From the NCBI GenBank assembly GCA_031360575.1, contig JANMBU010000056.1, forward strand, positions 1,376 through 65,375: DNA of 64,000 bases, in the 5' to 3' direction. Below are positions 1 to 8,367 of the stretch, one piece after another; the stretch's first letter is position 1, and the number at the start of each line of letters is the position of its first letter. The DNA comes from Gemmatimonadaceae bacterium (lineage in GTDB: Bacteria; Gemmatimonadota; Gemmatimonadetes; Gemmatimonadales; Gemmatimonadaceae). Both the position numbers and the translations under genes were made by a program. The notes under the pieces are model-generated. The model saw only the letters and a list, made by a program, of their open reading frames with translations. It did no database searches and was not told where the DNA came from.

Positions 1-2
1 TC

Positions 3-1931
3 ATGCGCTTCGCGCGGGAGCATGGCGCCGACGGAGTTCTCGATTACCCGGGGCTCTATCGCTGGTCGATCGAGCATCCGGCGCAGTTCTGGCCGGCGAT
101 CTGGAAGTGGTGCGATGTCGTGTGTGCGGAGCGCGATCGCGGCGAGCCATGGGACGAGGTTGTGATCGGGCTCGATCGGATGGCGCCGCCGGATCCCGAG
201 ATCGGCCCGCGCTGGTTCAGCGGCGCGCGCCTCAACTTCGCCGAGAACCTGCTCCGCCATCGGGGGCCCGAGGCGGCAATCACCGCGTGGAACGAGCAGG
301 GATGCTATCGCTCACTGTCGTTCGACGAGCTGCGCGACGAGGTCGCGCGGGTTGCGCGGGCGCTGCGAGCGATGGGGGTCAGACGCGGCGACCGCATCGC
401 CGGCTTTCTCCCTAACGTTCCGGAGGCGGTGATCGCGATGCTGGCAACGGCGAGCATCGGCGCGCTCTGGTCGTCGTGCTCGCCCGATTTCGGGGTGAAG
501 GGAGTGCTCGACCGCTTCGGCCAGATTGAGCCGAGGGTGTTGTTCTGCGCCGACGGCTATCGCTACGCGGGGAAAGAGATCGACTGCCTCGAGCGGGTGC
601 GCGAGATCGTCGACGCGCTGCCGCAGCTCGAGCGGGTGGTCGTCGTACCCTATCTCACTCCCGATCCCGACGCGCGGATGATCCGCCGCGCGGTGGGGTG
701 GCGCGACTTCGCCCCGGACGACGAATTTCCCCCGCCGCTCGAATTCGAGCGGCTGCCCTTTGACCACCCGCTCTACCTCCTCTACTCGTCGGGAACGACG
801 GGCCTGCCGAAGTGCATGGTGCACGGCGCGGGTGGCACACTGCTCCAGCACCTCAAGGAGCTGGCCCTTCATACCGACATCGGAGAGGGTGACCGGCTGT
901 TCTACTTCACCACCTGCGGATGGATGATGTGGAACTGGATGGTCAGCGCGCTCGCGTTAGGCGCGAGCGTCGTGCTCTACGACGGTGCGCCGCTGGCGCC
1001 CGATCCGGCAATTCTCTGGAAGATGGCCGAGCGCGAGCGGGTGACGGTGTTCGGCACGAGCGCGAAATACCTCGCGCTCCTCGAGAAGACCGGCCTCGAG
1101 CCGGCGAAATCCTACGACCTCGGCGCGCTGACGGCGGTACTGTCCACCGGGAGCCCGCTGGCCGTCCACAGCTACGACTTTGTCGCGCGGGCGATCGGTG
1201 CCGACGTGCGGCTGAGCAGCATCAGCGGCGGCACCGACATCGTCTCCTGCTTCGCGTTAGGCAACCCGATTACCCCGGTGTGGCGGGGCGAGCTGCAGTC
1301 GCGCGGACTGGGGATGGCAGTCGAGATCTGGGATGAGGCGGGGCGGCCGGTGACTGGCGTGAGCGGAGAGCTGGTCTGCACACGGCCCTTCCCGAGCATG
1401 CCGCTGGCGTTCTGGCGCGACCCCGATGGGGCGAAGTACCGCGCGGCATATTTCGACTACTATCCTAACGTCTGGCGACATGGCGACTGGGCGGAGCACA
1501 CCGAACACGATGGCCTGGTGATCCATGGCCGGAGCGATGCGACGCTGAATCCGGGCGGGGTTCGCATCGGCACGGCGGAGCTCTATCGCCAGGTCGAGCA
1601 ATTGCCAGAGGTAATCGAGAGTCTGGCGATCGAGCAGATGGTGGGCGAAGATGAGTCGCGCGTCGTACTCTTTGTCCGGCTCCGCGACGGTGTGCTGCTG
1701 ACCGACGCGCTGCGCGATGAGATTCGTCGCCGCATCCGCGAGCACACGAGCCCACACCACGTGCCGAAGAAAATCGTGCAGGTCACCGACCTCCCGCGAA
1801 CGATCAGCGGCAAGATCAGCGAGCTCGCCGTGCGGGACGTCGTCCACGGGCGGGCGGTGAAGAACAGCGACGCGCTAGCCAACCCGACGTCGCTCGGGCT
1901 CTTCCGCGACATGCCGGAGCTGCGCGACTGA
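3..1931 (+). CDS. aacS: acetoacetyl-CoA synthetase (acetoacetate-CoA ligase); N-terminus probably lies left of the window
   Basis: 642-aa ORF. It has the N-terminal 'YRWSIEHPAQFWPAIWKW' region, the AMP-binding signature 'LLYSSGTTGLPKCMVH' and C-terminal 'PRTISGKISE'. The frame is open to the window edge. Confidence 0.9.
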   Translation: MRFAREHGADGVLDYPGLYRWSIEHPAQFWPAIWKWCDVVCAERDRGEPWDEVVIGLDRMAPPDPEIGPRWFSGARLNFAENLLRHRGPEAAITAWNEQGCYRSLSFDELRDEVARVARALRAMGVRRGDRIAGFLPNVPEAVIAMLATASIGALWSSCSPDFGVKGVLDRFGQIEPRVLFCADGYRYAGKEIDCLERVREIVDALPQLERVVVVPYLTPDPDARMIRRAVGWRDFAPDDEFPPPLEFERLPFDHPLYLLYSSGTTGLPKCMVHGAGGTLLQHLKELALHTDIGEGDRLFYFTTCGWMMWNWMVSALALGASVVLYDGAPLAPDPAILWKMAERERVTVFGTSAKYLALLEKTGLEPAKSYDLGALTAVLSTGSPLAVHSYDFVARAIGADVRLSSISGGTDIVSCFALGNPITPVWRGELQSRGLGMAVEIWDEAGRPVTGVSGELVCTRPFPSMPLAFWRDPDGAKYRAAYFDYYPNVWRHGDWAEHTEHDGLVIHGRSDATLNPGGVRIGTAELYRQVEQLPEVIESLAIEQMVGEDESRVVLFVRLRDGVLLTDALRDEIRRRIREHTSPHHVPKKIVQVTDLPRTISGKISELAVRDVVHGRAVKNSDALANPTSLGLFRDMPELRD

Positions 1932-2758
1932 TGCCGATCGGCCGGAAGTACCTGCGCGGCCACGAGGATGGCTTCGAATGGCGTGGCCGCGAGGTGTCGC
2001 GGCTCGAAGGGCTGAGCGACGCGGTGTTCGGCTTCGCAACCACGCTGCTCGTCGTCTCGCTCGAGGTGCCACGAAGCGTGGAGGAACTGTTGCACGCAAT
2101 GCGCGGATTCGTCGGCTTCGCACTCAGCTTCGCGCTGCTCTTCCGGCTCTGGGGGTATCAGTATCGCTTTTTCCGCCGTTATGGTCTCGAGGATCCGACG
2201 ACCATCCGCTTGAATGGGGTGCTGCTGTTCGTCGTGCTGTTCTTCGTCTATCCGCTCAAGTTCCTGACGCAGGCGCTGACGGATTTCTTCTTCAACGACA
2301 CGTTCGCCGGCCTGCGCCCGGGCATGCTCACGCGTGCGCTCGCAGGGGGCGGGTTCGATCTGCTGCTGATGTTCTACGCCGGCTTCGGCACGGTCTTCCT
2401 CGTCCTCGGGCTGATGTACCTGCACGCCTATCGCTTGCGCGAGCAGATCGGACTGAATGAGCTCGAGTCGCTCGATACCCGGATCACCTGCGAGCGTCTG
2501 ATGCTGCCACTCCCGGTGTTTCCGCTCGGCGTCGGGTTGATGTGGTTGGCGTCGCTCGACAAGGAGACGCTGACCTCCGTAGCCGGAAAGCGGACCGTGA
2601 TTGCTGTCGCGCTGCTTGGTGACGCGGCGATGTTCGCGTACCTCGGCTGGGCTGTGTGGCGCGTGAGGAAACTGAAAAGCCGCCGGGACGCCCTGGAACA
2701 GGCGATGATCGACGCCGACCGCGGTGACTCGGGGCACATCCTCCCGGTGGCGGTGTAA
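1931..2758 (+). CDS. DUF1211/TMEM175-family membrane protein (putative K+ channel)
   Basis: 275 aa with about 6 hydrophobic helices. Helix 1 carries 'RLEGLSDAVFGFATTLLV', an RxxxxSD-type TMEM175 signature. Its ATG overlaps the aacS stop (TGATG at 1929-1933). Confidence 0.75.
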   Translation: MPIGRKYLRGHEDGFEWRGREVSRLEGLSDAVFGFATTLLVVSLEVPRSVEELLHAMRGFVGFALSFALLFRLWGYQYRFFRRYGLEDPTTIRLNGVLLFVVLFFVYPLKFLTQALTDFFFNDTFAGLRPGMLTRALAGGGFDLLLMFYAGFGTVFLVLGLMYLHAYRLREQIGLNELESLDTRITCERLMLPLPVFPLGVGLMWLASLDKETLTSVAGKRTVIAVALLGDAAMFAYLGWAVWRVRKLKSRRDALEQAMIDADRGDSGHILPVAV

Positions 2759-2859
2759 GTCCGCGCCCAGTCCGCGCGCTGATAATTCACGGCGCCGGCG
2801 TTAGATTTATCCCGGTGGCGCGCCGCCGCTCCTGACTCGCAGCCGTTCGAGGAGATTTC

Positions 2860-3795
2860 GTGACATCAGCGCAGATTGACCGCAGCGCAGCCGGGCTGAC
2901 GACGACGAAGGCACCCTTCATCGAGCAGGCGAAGGCCAACGGGCAGCTCTACATCGAGCAGCCGTACGCGCTGTACAATGCCGATAACCACGAAGCGTGG
3001 CGGCGTCTCTACGAGCGGATGGCGCCGCGCTGGGCGCGCTACGCGAACCACCGGTTTCTCCAGGGGATCGAGAATCTCTGCCTGAATCCCGCGCAGGTGC
3101 CGCGCCTCGAGGACGTCAACAAGTTCATGGCGCCGTTGACCGGATTCCGCGCCAAGCCAGTGAGTGGTTACGTCCCCGCCTACCTCTTCTTCGATTGCCT
3201 GCGCCAGCGCGAGTTCCCGACGACGATCACGATTCGCGACACGGCGAACATCGATTATCTCCCCGAACCCGACATCTTCCACGACATCGCCGGCCATGTC
3301 CCGATGCATACGGACAAGGCGTTTGCCGACACGCTCGCCCGCTTCGGCGATGCAGCGCGAACAGCAGCGGAGATCGTGGCCGGGGTGAAGGATCGCGATG
3401 AGCGAGTGCGGCGAGTGACCAGCATCTTCAAGGCGCTCGCCCGATTCTTCTGGTTCACGATCGAGTTCGGGTTGATGAAGGCGCAGGACGGGAAGGGACT
3501 CAAGGTCTACGGCAGCGGACTGCTCTCGAGCTACGGCGAGATCGCGCACTCGATCGACAGCCCCGAGGTGCAGCGCTTTCCTTTCCAGCTCGAATGGGTG
3601 GTCAACCAGTACTTCGAGATCGACAAATATCAGCCTCTCCTCTACTACGTGGACAGCTTCGATCACCTCTTCCAGCTGGTGAACACGCTGGAACAATGGA
3701 TGAAGGAGGGAAAGCTCGACAACGTCTCGCCGGGTGAGCCGAGCATGAGCACGGCGGACGTCAACAGCTTCCTCGAGGCAGGCCACGCAGCGTGA
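2860..3795 (+). CDS. phhA: phenylalanine 4-hydroxylase (pterin-dependent aromatic amino-acid hydroxylase)
   Basis: 311 aa with the iron-ligand region 'PDIFHDIAGHVPMH' and 'FWFTIEFGL'. GTG start with GAGGAG 5 nt upstream. Confidence 0.92.
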   Translation: MTSAQIDRSAAGLTTTKAPFIEQAKANGQLYIEQPYALYNADNHEAWRRLYERMAPRWARYANHRFLQGIENLCLNPAQVPRLEDVNKFMAPLTGFRAKPVSGYVPAYLFFDCLRQREFPTTITIRDTANIDYLPEPDIFHDIAGHVPMHTDKAFADTLARFGDAARTAAEIVAGVKDRDERVRRVTSIFKALARFFWFTIEFGLMKAQDGKGLKVYGSGLLSSYGEIAHSIDSPEVQRFPFQLEWVVNQYFEIDKYQPLLYYVDSFDHLFQLVNTLEQWMKEGKLDNVSPGEPSMSTADVNSFLEAGHAA

Positions 3796-3890
3796 GGCGT
3801 GCGGCCGGCAACGCCTGACGATGCCGGCCGCTGACGTGAACAGCGCATCGCGATCTACAACCGGGTAATACCCTGGACGGAGTGATTCCC

Positions 3891-5036
3891 ATGGCGACGA
3901 CGATCGAAACCGCACCGAACGCGGCACCGGCGACCGACACGTTCCCGATCAACGGGACGGACTACATCGAGTTTTACGTCGGCAATGCGAAGCAGGCGGC
4001 GCACTTCTACCGCTCGGCGTTCGGCTTCCAGCTGGTCGGCTACCGTGGGCCGGAGACAGGCGTGCGCGACCGCGCCAGCTATCTGCTGCAGCAGGACAAG
4101 ATCCGCTTCGTCATGACGACGCCGATTCGCCCCGACATCAGTGAAGAGTCGAAGGTGATCGCCGCGCACATCGACCGGCACGGCGATGGCGTCCGCGACC
4201 TCGCGCTCTGGGTGGACGATGCTCGCGATGCGTTCCGAAAGGCGGTCGAGCGGGGCGCGGTGCCGGTGCACCAGCCGCGCGTGCTGAAGGACAGCGACGG
4301 CGAGATCGTCATTGCCTCGTTCCAGACCTACGGCGAGACAATCCACTCGCTTGTTGAGCGAAAGAACTACAAGGGCTTGTTCATGCCCGGCTTCGTTCCC
4401 GTAAAGCCGTACTGCAACCCCGCGCCCGTCGGGCTGAAGTACGTCGACCATTGCGTCGGCAACGTCGAGCTGGGGAAGATGAACGTCTGGGTCGAGTTCT
4501 ACGCGCACGTCATGGGGTTCCGCAACCTGCTTACCTTCGACGATGAGGACATCTCGACGGAGTACTCGTCGCTGATGTCGAAGGTGATGGCCAATGGAAA
4601 CGACCGGATCAAGTTCCCGATCAACGAGCCAGCGTCAGGCAAGAAGAAGTCGCAGATCGAGGAATACCTGGACTTCTACGGCGGCCCCGGGGTGCAGCAC
4701 ATGGCGCTGGCCACCGACGACATCGTCAAGACGGTGACGCAGCTTCGCGACCGCGGCGTCGAGTTCCTGTCGGCGCCGACGACCTACTACGCTGAGCTGC
4801 AGCAGCGGGTCGGGAAGATCGATGAACCGCTCGACGTGCTCGCATCGTTAGGCATCCTCGTCGATCGCGATCCCGATGGCTACCTGCTCCAGATCTTCAC
4901 CAAGCCGGTCGAGGATCGTCCGACCGTGTTCTACGAGATAATCCAGCGAAAGGGCGCCAAGAGCTTCGGGAAGGGGAACTTCAAGGCACTGTTCGAATCG
5001 ATCGAGCTGGAGCAGGCAAAGCGCGGGAATTTGTAG
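3891..5036 (+). CDS. hppD: 4-hydroxyphenylpyruvate dioxygenase
   Basis: Two VOC-fold halves and the C-terminal 'FGKGNFKALFESIELEQAKRGNL'. ATG 3891 follows GGAG (3879-3882). The ORF-track GTG at 3882 is an alternative start. Confidence 0.92.
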   Translation: MATTIETAPNAAPATDTFPINGTDYIEFYVGNAKQAAHFYRSAFGFQLVGYRGPETGVRDRASYLLQQDKIRFVMTTPIRPDISEESKVIAAHIDRHGDGVRDLALWVDDARDAFRKAVERGAVPVHQPRVLKDSDGEIVIASFQTYGETIHSLVERKNYKGLFMPGFVPVKPYCNPAPVGLKYVDHCVGNVELGKMNVWVEFYAHVMGFRNLLTFDDEDISTEYSSLMSKVMANGNDRIKFPINEPASGKKKSQIEEYLDFYGGPGVQHMALATDDIVKTVTQLRDRGVEFLSAPTTYYAELQQRVGKIDEPLDVLASLGILVDRDPDGYLLQIFTKPVEDRPTVFYEIIQRKGAKSFGKGNFKALFESIELEQAKRGNL

Positions 5037-5053
5037 TCGTCGAGGCTGACACC

Positions 5054-5857
5054 GTGCTCGTCACCTTTGTGCGGCCCGGCGGTGCGCGCGGCGGCGTCGG
5101 CACCGGCGAGAACGCCTGCGTCGGGCTGCTGTCGGCGGACGGCGGACGGGTGGCCGACCTGACCGCGATCGGAATGGAAGACGTGTTCGCGGCGCTCCCT
5201 CGCGTGGCGCAACTCGAGCGGCTGCTCACGCACCTGACGGCAACACCGGGCGCCGTCTCGTACGATGTCGGGAGCGTCCGGCTGCTGGCGCCCGTGCCCT
5301 ACGCCCGCCTGGTGCGCGACGTGGCGGCGGTCGCGCCTGACGGCGCCGATGTTGCAGCGCTGCGCTTCAGCGATCCGCGAGAGATCGCCGGGCCCGGCGC
5401 ACGCATCTCGGTGGATGGCAGCGAGCTGCTCGCCGTCGGCGTCATCGCAGCGATCGGTACCGGCGGACGCGACATCGCCGCGGACGACGGCATCGCGCAC
5501 CTCGCCGGCGTGACGATGTTCGCCGAGTGGCGGAGCGCCGATCCCGACGCCGAGGTGGCGAGCGACCGGCTGCTCAGCGGGCCCGCGCTTGCGCCGATGA
5601 CGGCGTTGACCGACGATGCCGAGCTGCTGGTGACGGTGCCGCGCGAGAGCGTCCGCCGTATACCGCTGGCCGGCGCCAGTAAAGCGTTAGGCGCCGCGGT
5701 CGCCGCGGCGTCCGCCCGCTACACGCTGCGCGCCGGCGACCTGTTCCTCCACGACGCCGGAGTCGTTGACTCGCTGCTCGGCGCGCGGGAGTCAGGCGAG
5801 ATCACCATCGATGGACCGTCGGGCACACTGTCGCACACCGCGACGCGATCGGATTGA
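5054..5857 (+). CDS. divergent FAH-fold (fumarylacetoacetate hydrolase family-like) protein
   Basis: 267 aa. Segments 'VRLLAPVP', 'GSELLAVGVIAAIG', 'IAHLAGVTMFAEWRSAD' and 'RAGDLFLHDAGVV' line up with FAH-family blocks, but the acidic metal ligands look partly replaced. GTG start with GAGG 8 nt upstream. Lies between hppD and hmgA. Confidence 0.55.
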   Translation: MLVTFVRPGGARGGVGTGENACVGLLSADGGRVADLTAIGMEDVFAALPRVAQLERLLTHLTATPGAVSYDVGSVRLLAPVPYARLVRDVAAVAPDGADVAALRFSDPREIAGPGARISVDGSELLAVGVIAAIGTGGRDIAADDGIAHLAGVTMFAEWRSADPDAEVASDRLLSGPALAPMTALTDDAELLVTVPRESVRRIPLAGASKALGAAVAAASARYTLRAGDLFLHDAGVVDSLLGARESGEITIDGPSGTLSHTATRSD

Positions 5858-5924
5858 CGCGCGGCGGCCGCGGCAGGCTCGCCGCAACCGGGACGAAGCG
5901 GACTTACCCAAGGGACACGACGCC

Positions 5925-7118
5925 ATGCCATTCTATCACACGTTAGGCAGGATTCCCCGCAAGCGCCACATCGCCTTCCGGAAACCGGACGGCGGTCTCT
6001 ACGCCGAGCAACTGGTCGGCCACGAGGGATTCACCGGCACGTCGGCGCTGCTCTACCACACCCATCCGCCGACGACCATCAGCTCAGTGCGCCGGGTGAA
6101 GGAGATGCCATTCGTCGCCGATGAAGACCAGACGCTGCGCCACCGGCATTTCCGCACCGCCCAGGCGAAGAAGGGGGGCAGCGCGACGCTCGATCGCATT
6201 CCCCTGCTCTTCAACGCCGACGTCGCGATGCTCTACGTCGAGCCGGATAAGGTCGATACCCATTTCTATCGCAACGCGCAGGCGGACGAGCTGGTTTACG
6301 TCGCGAAGGGGAAGGGAACCCTCGACACGCAGTATGGCGAGCTCCCGTTCAGCGAGGGCGACTACCTGGTGATCCATCGCGGCATCATGCACCAGTACCG
6401 TTTCGAGAAGGGCGCCGAGCAGGCGAAGCTGCTCGTCATGGAGAGCCGCGGTCACGTGCGCTGGCCGAAGCGCTATCGGAACGAGTTCGGGCAGCTCATC
6501 GAGGGCGCGCCATTTTCCGAGCGTGACGTGCGCGTACCGACAAACCTGAAGACGCACGACGAGAAGGGTGACTTCTCGATCTACGTCAAGCAGTACGACG
6601 GGATCAACGAGCTGGTGCTCGATCATCACCCGTTCGACGTGATCGGCTGGGATGGATATTTCTATCCGTGGGCGTTCAACATCCGCGACTTCGAGCCGAT
6701 CGTGGGACGCGTGCACCAGCCGCCCCCGGTGCACCAGACCTTCCAAGGCGACGGCTTCGTCGTCTGCTCGTTCTGCCCGCGGCCGTATGACTTCGATCCC
6801 GAAGCGGTGCCCGCGCCCTACAACCACAGCAACGTCGACTCCGACGAAGTGCTGTACTACGCCTCGAGCGAATTCATGTCGCGGAAGGGGATCGAGTTCG
6901 GCAGCATCACGCACCACCCGGACGGGTTGCCTCACGGTCCGCATCCGGGGCGCGCCGAGGCGAGCATCGGCGCCAAGTTCACCGACGAGCTGGCGGTGAT
7001 GATGGATACCTTCCGCCCGCTCAAGGTCGCGAAGCAGGCACTCGACTTCGAAGATCCGAAGTACCACCGAAGCTGGATCGACGCACAGCACATGCAATTC
7101 AATCCACCGACGTCGTGA
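5925..7118 (+). CDS. hmgA: homogentisate 1,2-dioxygenase (short type)
   Basis: ATG 5925 gives 'MPFYHTLGRIPRKRHIAFRKPDGGLYAEQLVGHEGF...', typical of roughly 390-aa HmgA proteins. The 53 upstream codons in the ORF track are Arg-rich and overlap the previous gene. Confidence 0.88.
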   Translation: MPFYHTLGRIPRKRHIAFRKPDGGLYAEQLVGHEGFTGTSALLYHTHPPTTISSVRRVKEMPFVADEDQTLRHRHFRTAQAKKGGSATLDRIPLLFNADVAMLYVEPDKVDTHFYRNAQADELVYVAKGKGTLDTQYGELPFSEGDYLVIHRGIMHQYRFEKGAEQAKLLVMESRGHVRWPKRYRNEFGQLIEGAPFSERDVRVPTNLKTHDEKGDFSIYVKQYDGINELVLDHHPFDVIGWDGYFYPWAFNIRDFEPIVGRVHQPPPVHQTFQGDGFVVCSFCPRPYDFDPEAVPAPYNHSNVDSDEVLYYASSEFMSRKGIEFGSITHHPDGLPHGPHPGRAEASIGAKFTDELAVMMDTFRPLKVAKQALDFEDPKYHRSWIDAQHMQFNPPTS

Positions 7119-7180
7119 CGGAGTTGGCCGACGTCGACCGCCGTCGAGCAATTCCGACCTTCACCGCGAGCGCCTGACGC

Positions 7181-8365
7181 GTGCCACGCCTGACCGACCG
7201 CTTCAACAGTCTTCCCGTCTACGCGCTCGCGGCCATTCCGCAGAAGAAGCGCGACCTGCTCGCCCGTGGCGTCGACGTCATCGACCTCGGCGCCGGCGAC
7301 GCCGATCTCGCTGCGCCCGAAGCAGCGATGCGCGCCCTCACCGAAGGGGCGCGCACGCCAGCGCTCAACCGTTATGGTTTCGGGCTCGGGCACGTCCCGT
7401 ATCGTGAGGCAATCAGCGCCTGGATGCAGGCGCGCTTCGGCCACCGCTTCGATCCCCTGACGCAAGTCGTCCCGCTGATCGGGTCGAAGGAGGGCATCGT
7501 CCACCTCGCATTGGCCTATCTCCAGGAGGGCGACGTCGCGATCATACCGGAACCGGGTTATGGAGCGTACATCGGGGGTACGCTCCTGTCCGGGGCCACA
7601 GCGTACAAGTACGCGCTCCGCCCGCGGACGAACTTCCTCGTGGATCTCGACGAGATCCCGCACGACGTGCTGGCGAAGACGCGGATGCTCTACCTCAACT
7701 ATCCGAACAACCCGACCGCCGCGATCGCCCCGAAGAGTTATCTCGAGAAGGTCGTTCGCATCTGCCGCGACCGCGACATCCTGCTCGTCTATGACAACGC
7801 GTATTCCGAGCTGACCTTCGACGGCTACGTCGCGCCGAGCATCTTCGACATCGATGGCGCCGACACGGTGGCGATCGAGTTCCACTCGCTGTCGAAGACA
7901 TACAACATGACGGGCTGGCGCTGCGGATGGGCGGTGGGCAACACCGCGCTCTGCGCCGCGCTCGCGAAGACGAAGTCATTCATCGACACCGGCCAGTTCA
8001 TGGCCGTGCAGGCGGCCGGGGTGGCCGCGCTGCAAAGCTGGCGCGAGTTCGTCCCGCGCAATGTCGCCGTGTTCCAGGAGCGCCGCGACGCGGCCGTCGC
8101 CGCGTTTCGCGCGAACGGCTTCAGTTGCGACACGCCGCAGGCGAGCATGTATCTCTGCATCCCGCTGCCCGCGGGAATGACGAGCGCATCCTTCGCCGAT
8201 CGGCTGATGGAAGACGAGGGCGTGATCGTCCTCCCCGGCTCGGCTTTCGGCGCCGGCGGTGAGGGCTTTTTCCGGATCTCGTTCATCGCCGGCCCGGCGC
8301 GGATCGCCGAAGCAGCGGGCCGGGCCGGGCGGGTGCTGGCGGCGATGGGCGCCGGGGTTACTTAG
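7181..8365 (+). CDS. class I/II PLP-dependent aminotransferase (context suggests an aromatic/tyrosine aminotransferase role)
   Basis: 394 aa with 'NYPNNPT' and the PLP-lysine block 'SLSKTYNMTGWRCGW'. GTG start. The substrate is inferred from neighbourhood only. Confidence 0.85.
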   Translation: MPRLTDRFNSLPVYALAAIPQKKRDLLARGVDVIDLGAGDADLAAPEAAMRALTEGARTPALNRYGFGLGHVPYREAISAWMQARFGHRFDPLTQVVPLIGSKEGIVHLALAYLQEGDVAIIPEPGYGAYIGGTLLSGATAYKYALRPRTNFLVDLDEIPHDVLAKTRMLYLNYPNNPTAAIAPKSYLEKVVRICRDRDILLVYDNAYSELTFDGYVAPSIFDIDGADTVAIEFHSLSKTYNMTGWRCGWAVGNTALCAALAKTKSFIDTGQFMAVQAAGVAALQSWREFVPRNVAVFQERRDAAVAAFRANGFSCDTPQASMYLCIPLPAGMTSASFADRLMEDEGVIVLPGSAFGAGGEGFFRISFIAGPARIAEAAGRAGRVLAAMGAGVT

Positions 8366-8367
8366 TA

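Noticed and set aside
1583-3927. Long antisense ORFs (1583..2737 minus and 2866..3927 minus)
   Set aside because: They are shadow frames opposite aacS, the DUF1211 gene and phhA. The sense frames carry diagnostic motifs and the antisense ones are low-complexity and Arg-rich.
5766-5924. Upstream ORF-track extensions of hmgA, with analogous extensions at 39022-39300 (apbC), 30668-30823 (Ldt), 62133-62438 (maf), 27244-27528 (OMP) and 46538-46609 (ubiE)
   Set aside because: The extensions overlap the preceding gene, are Arg-rich, and precede an internal start that gives the canonical N-terminus or signal peptide.
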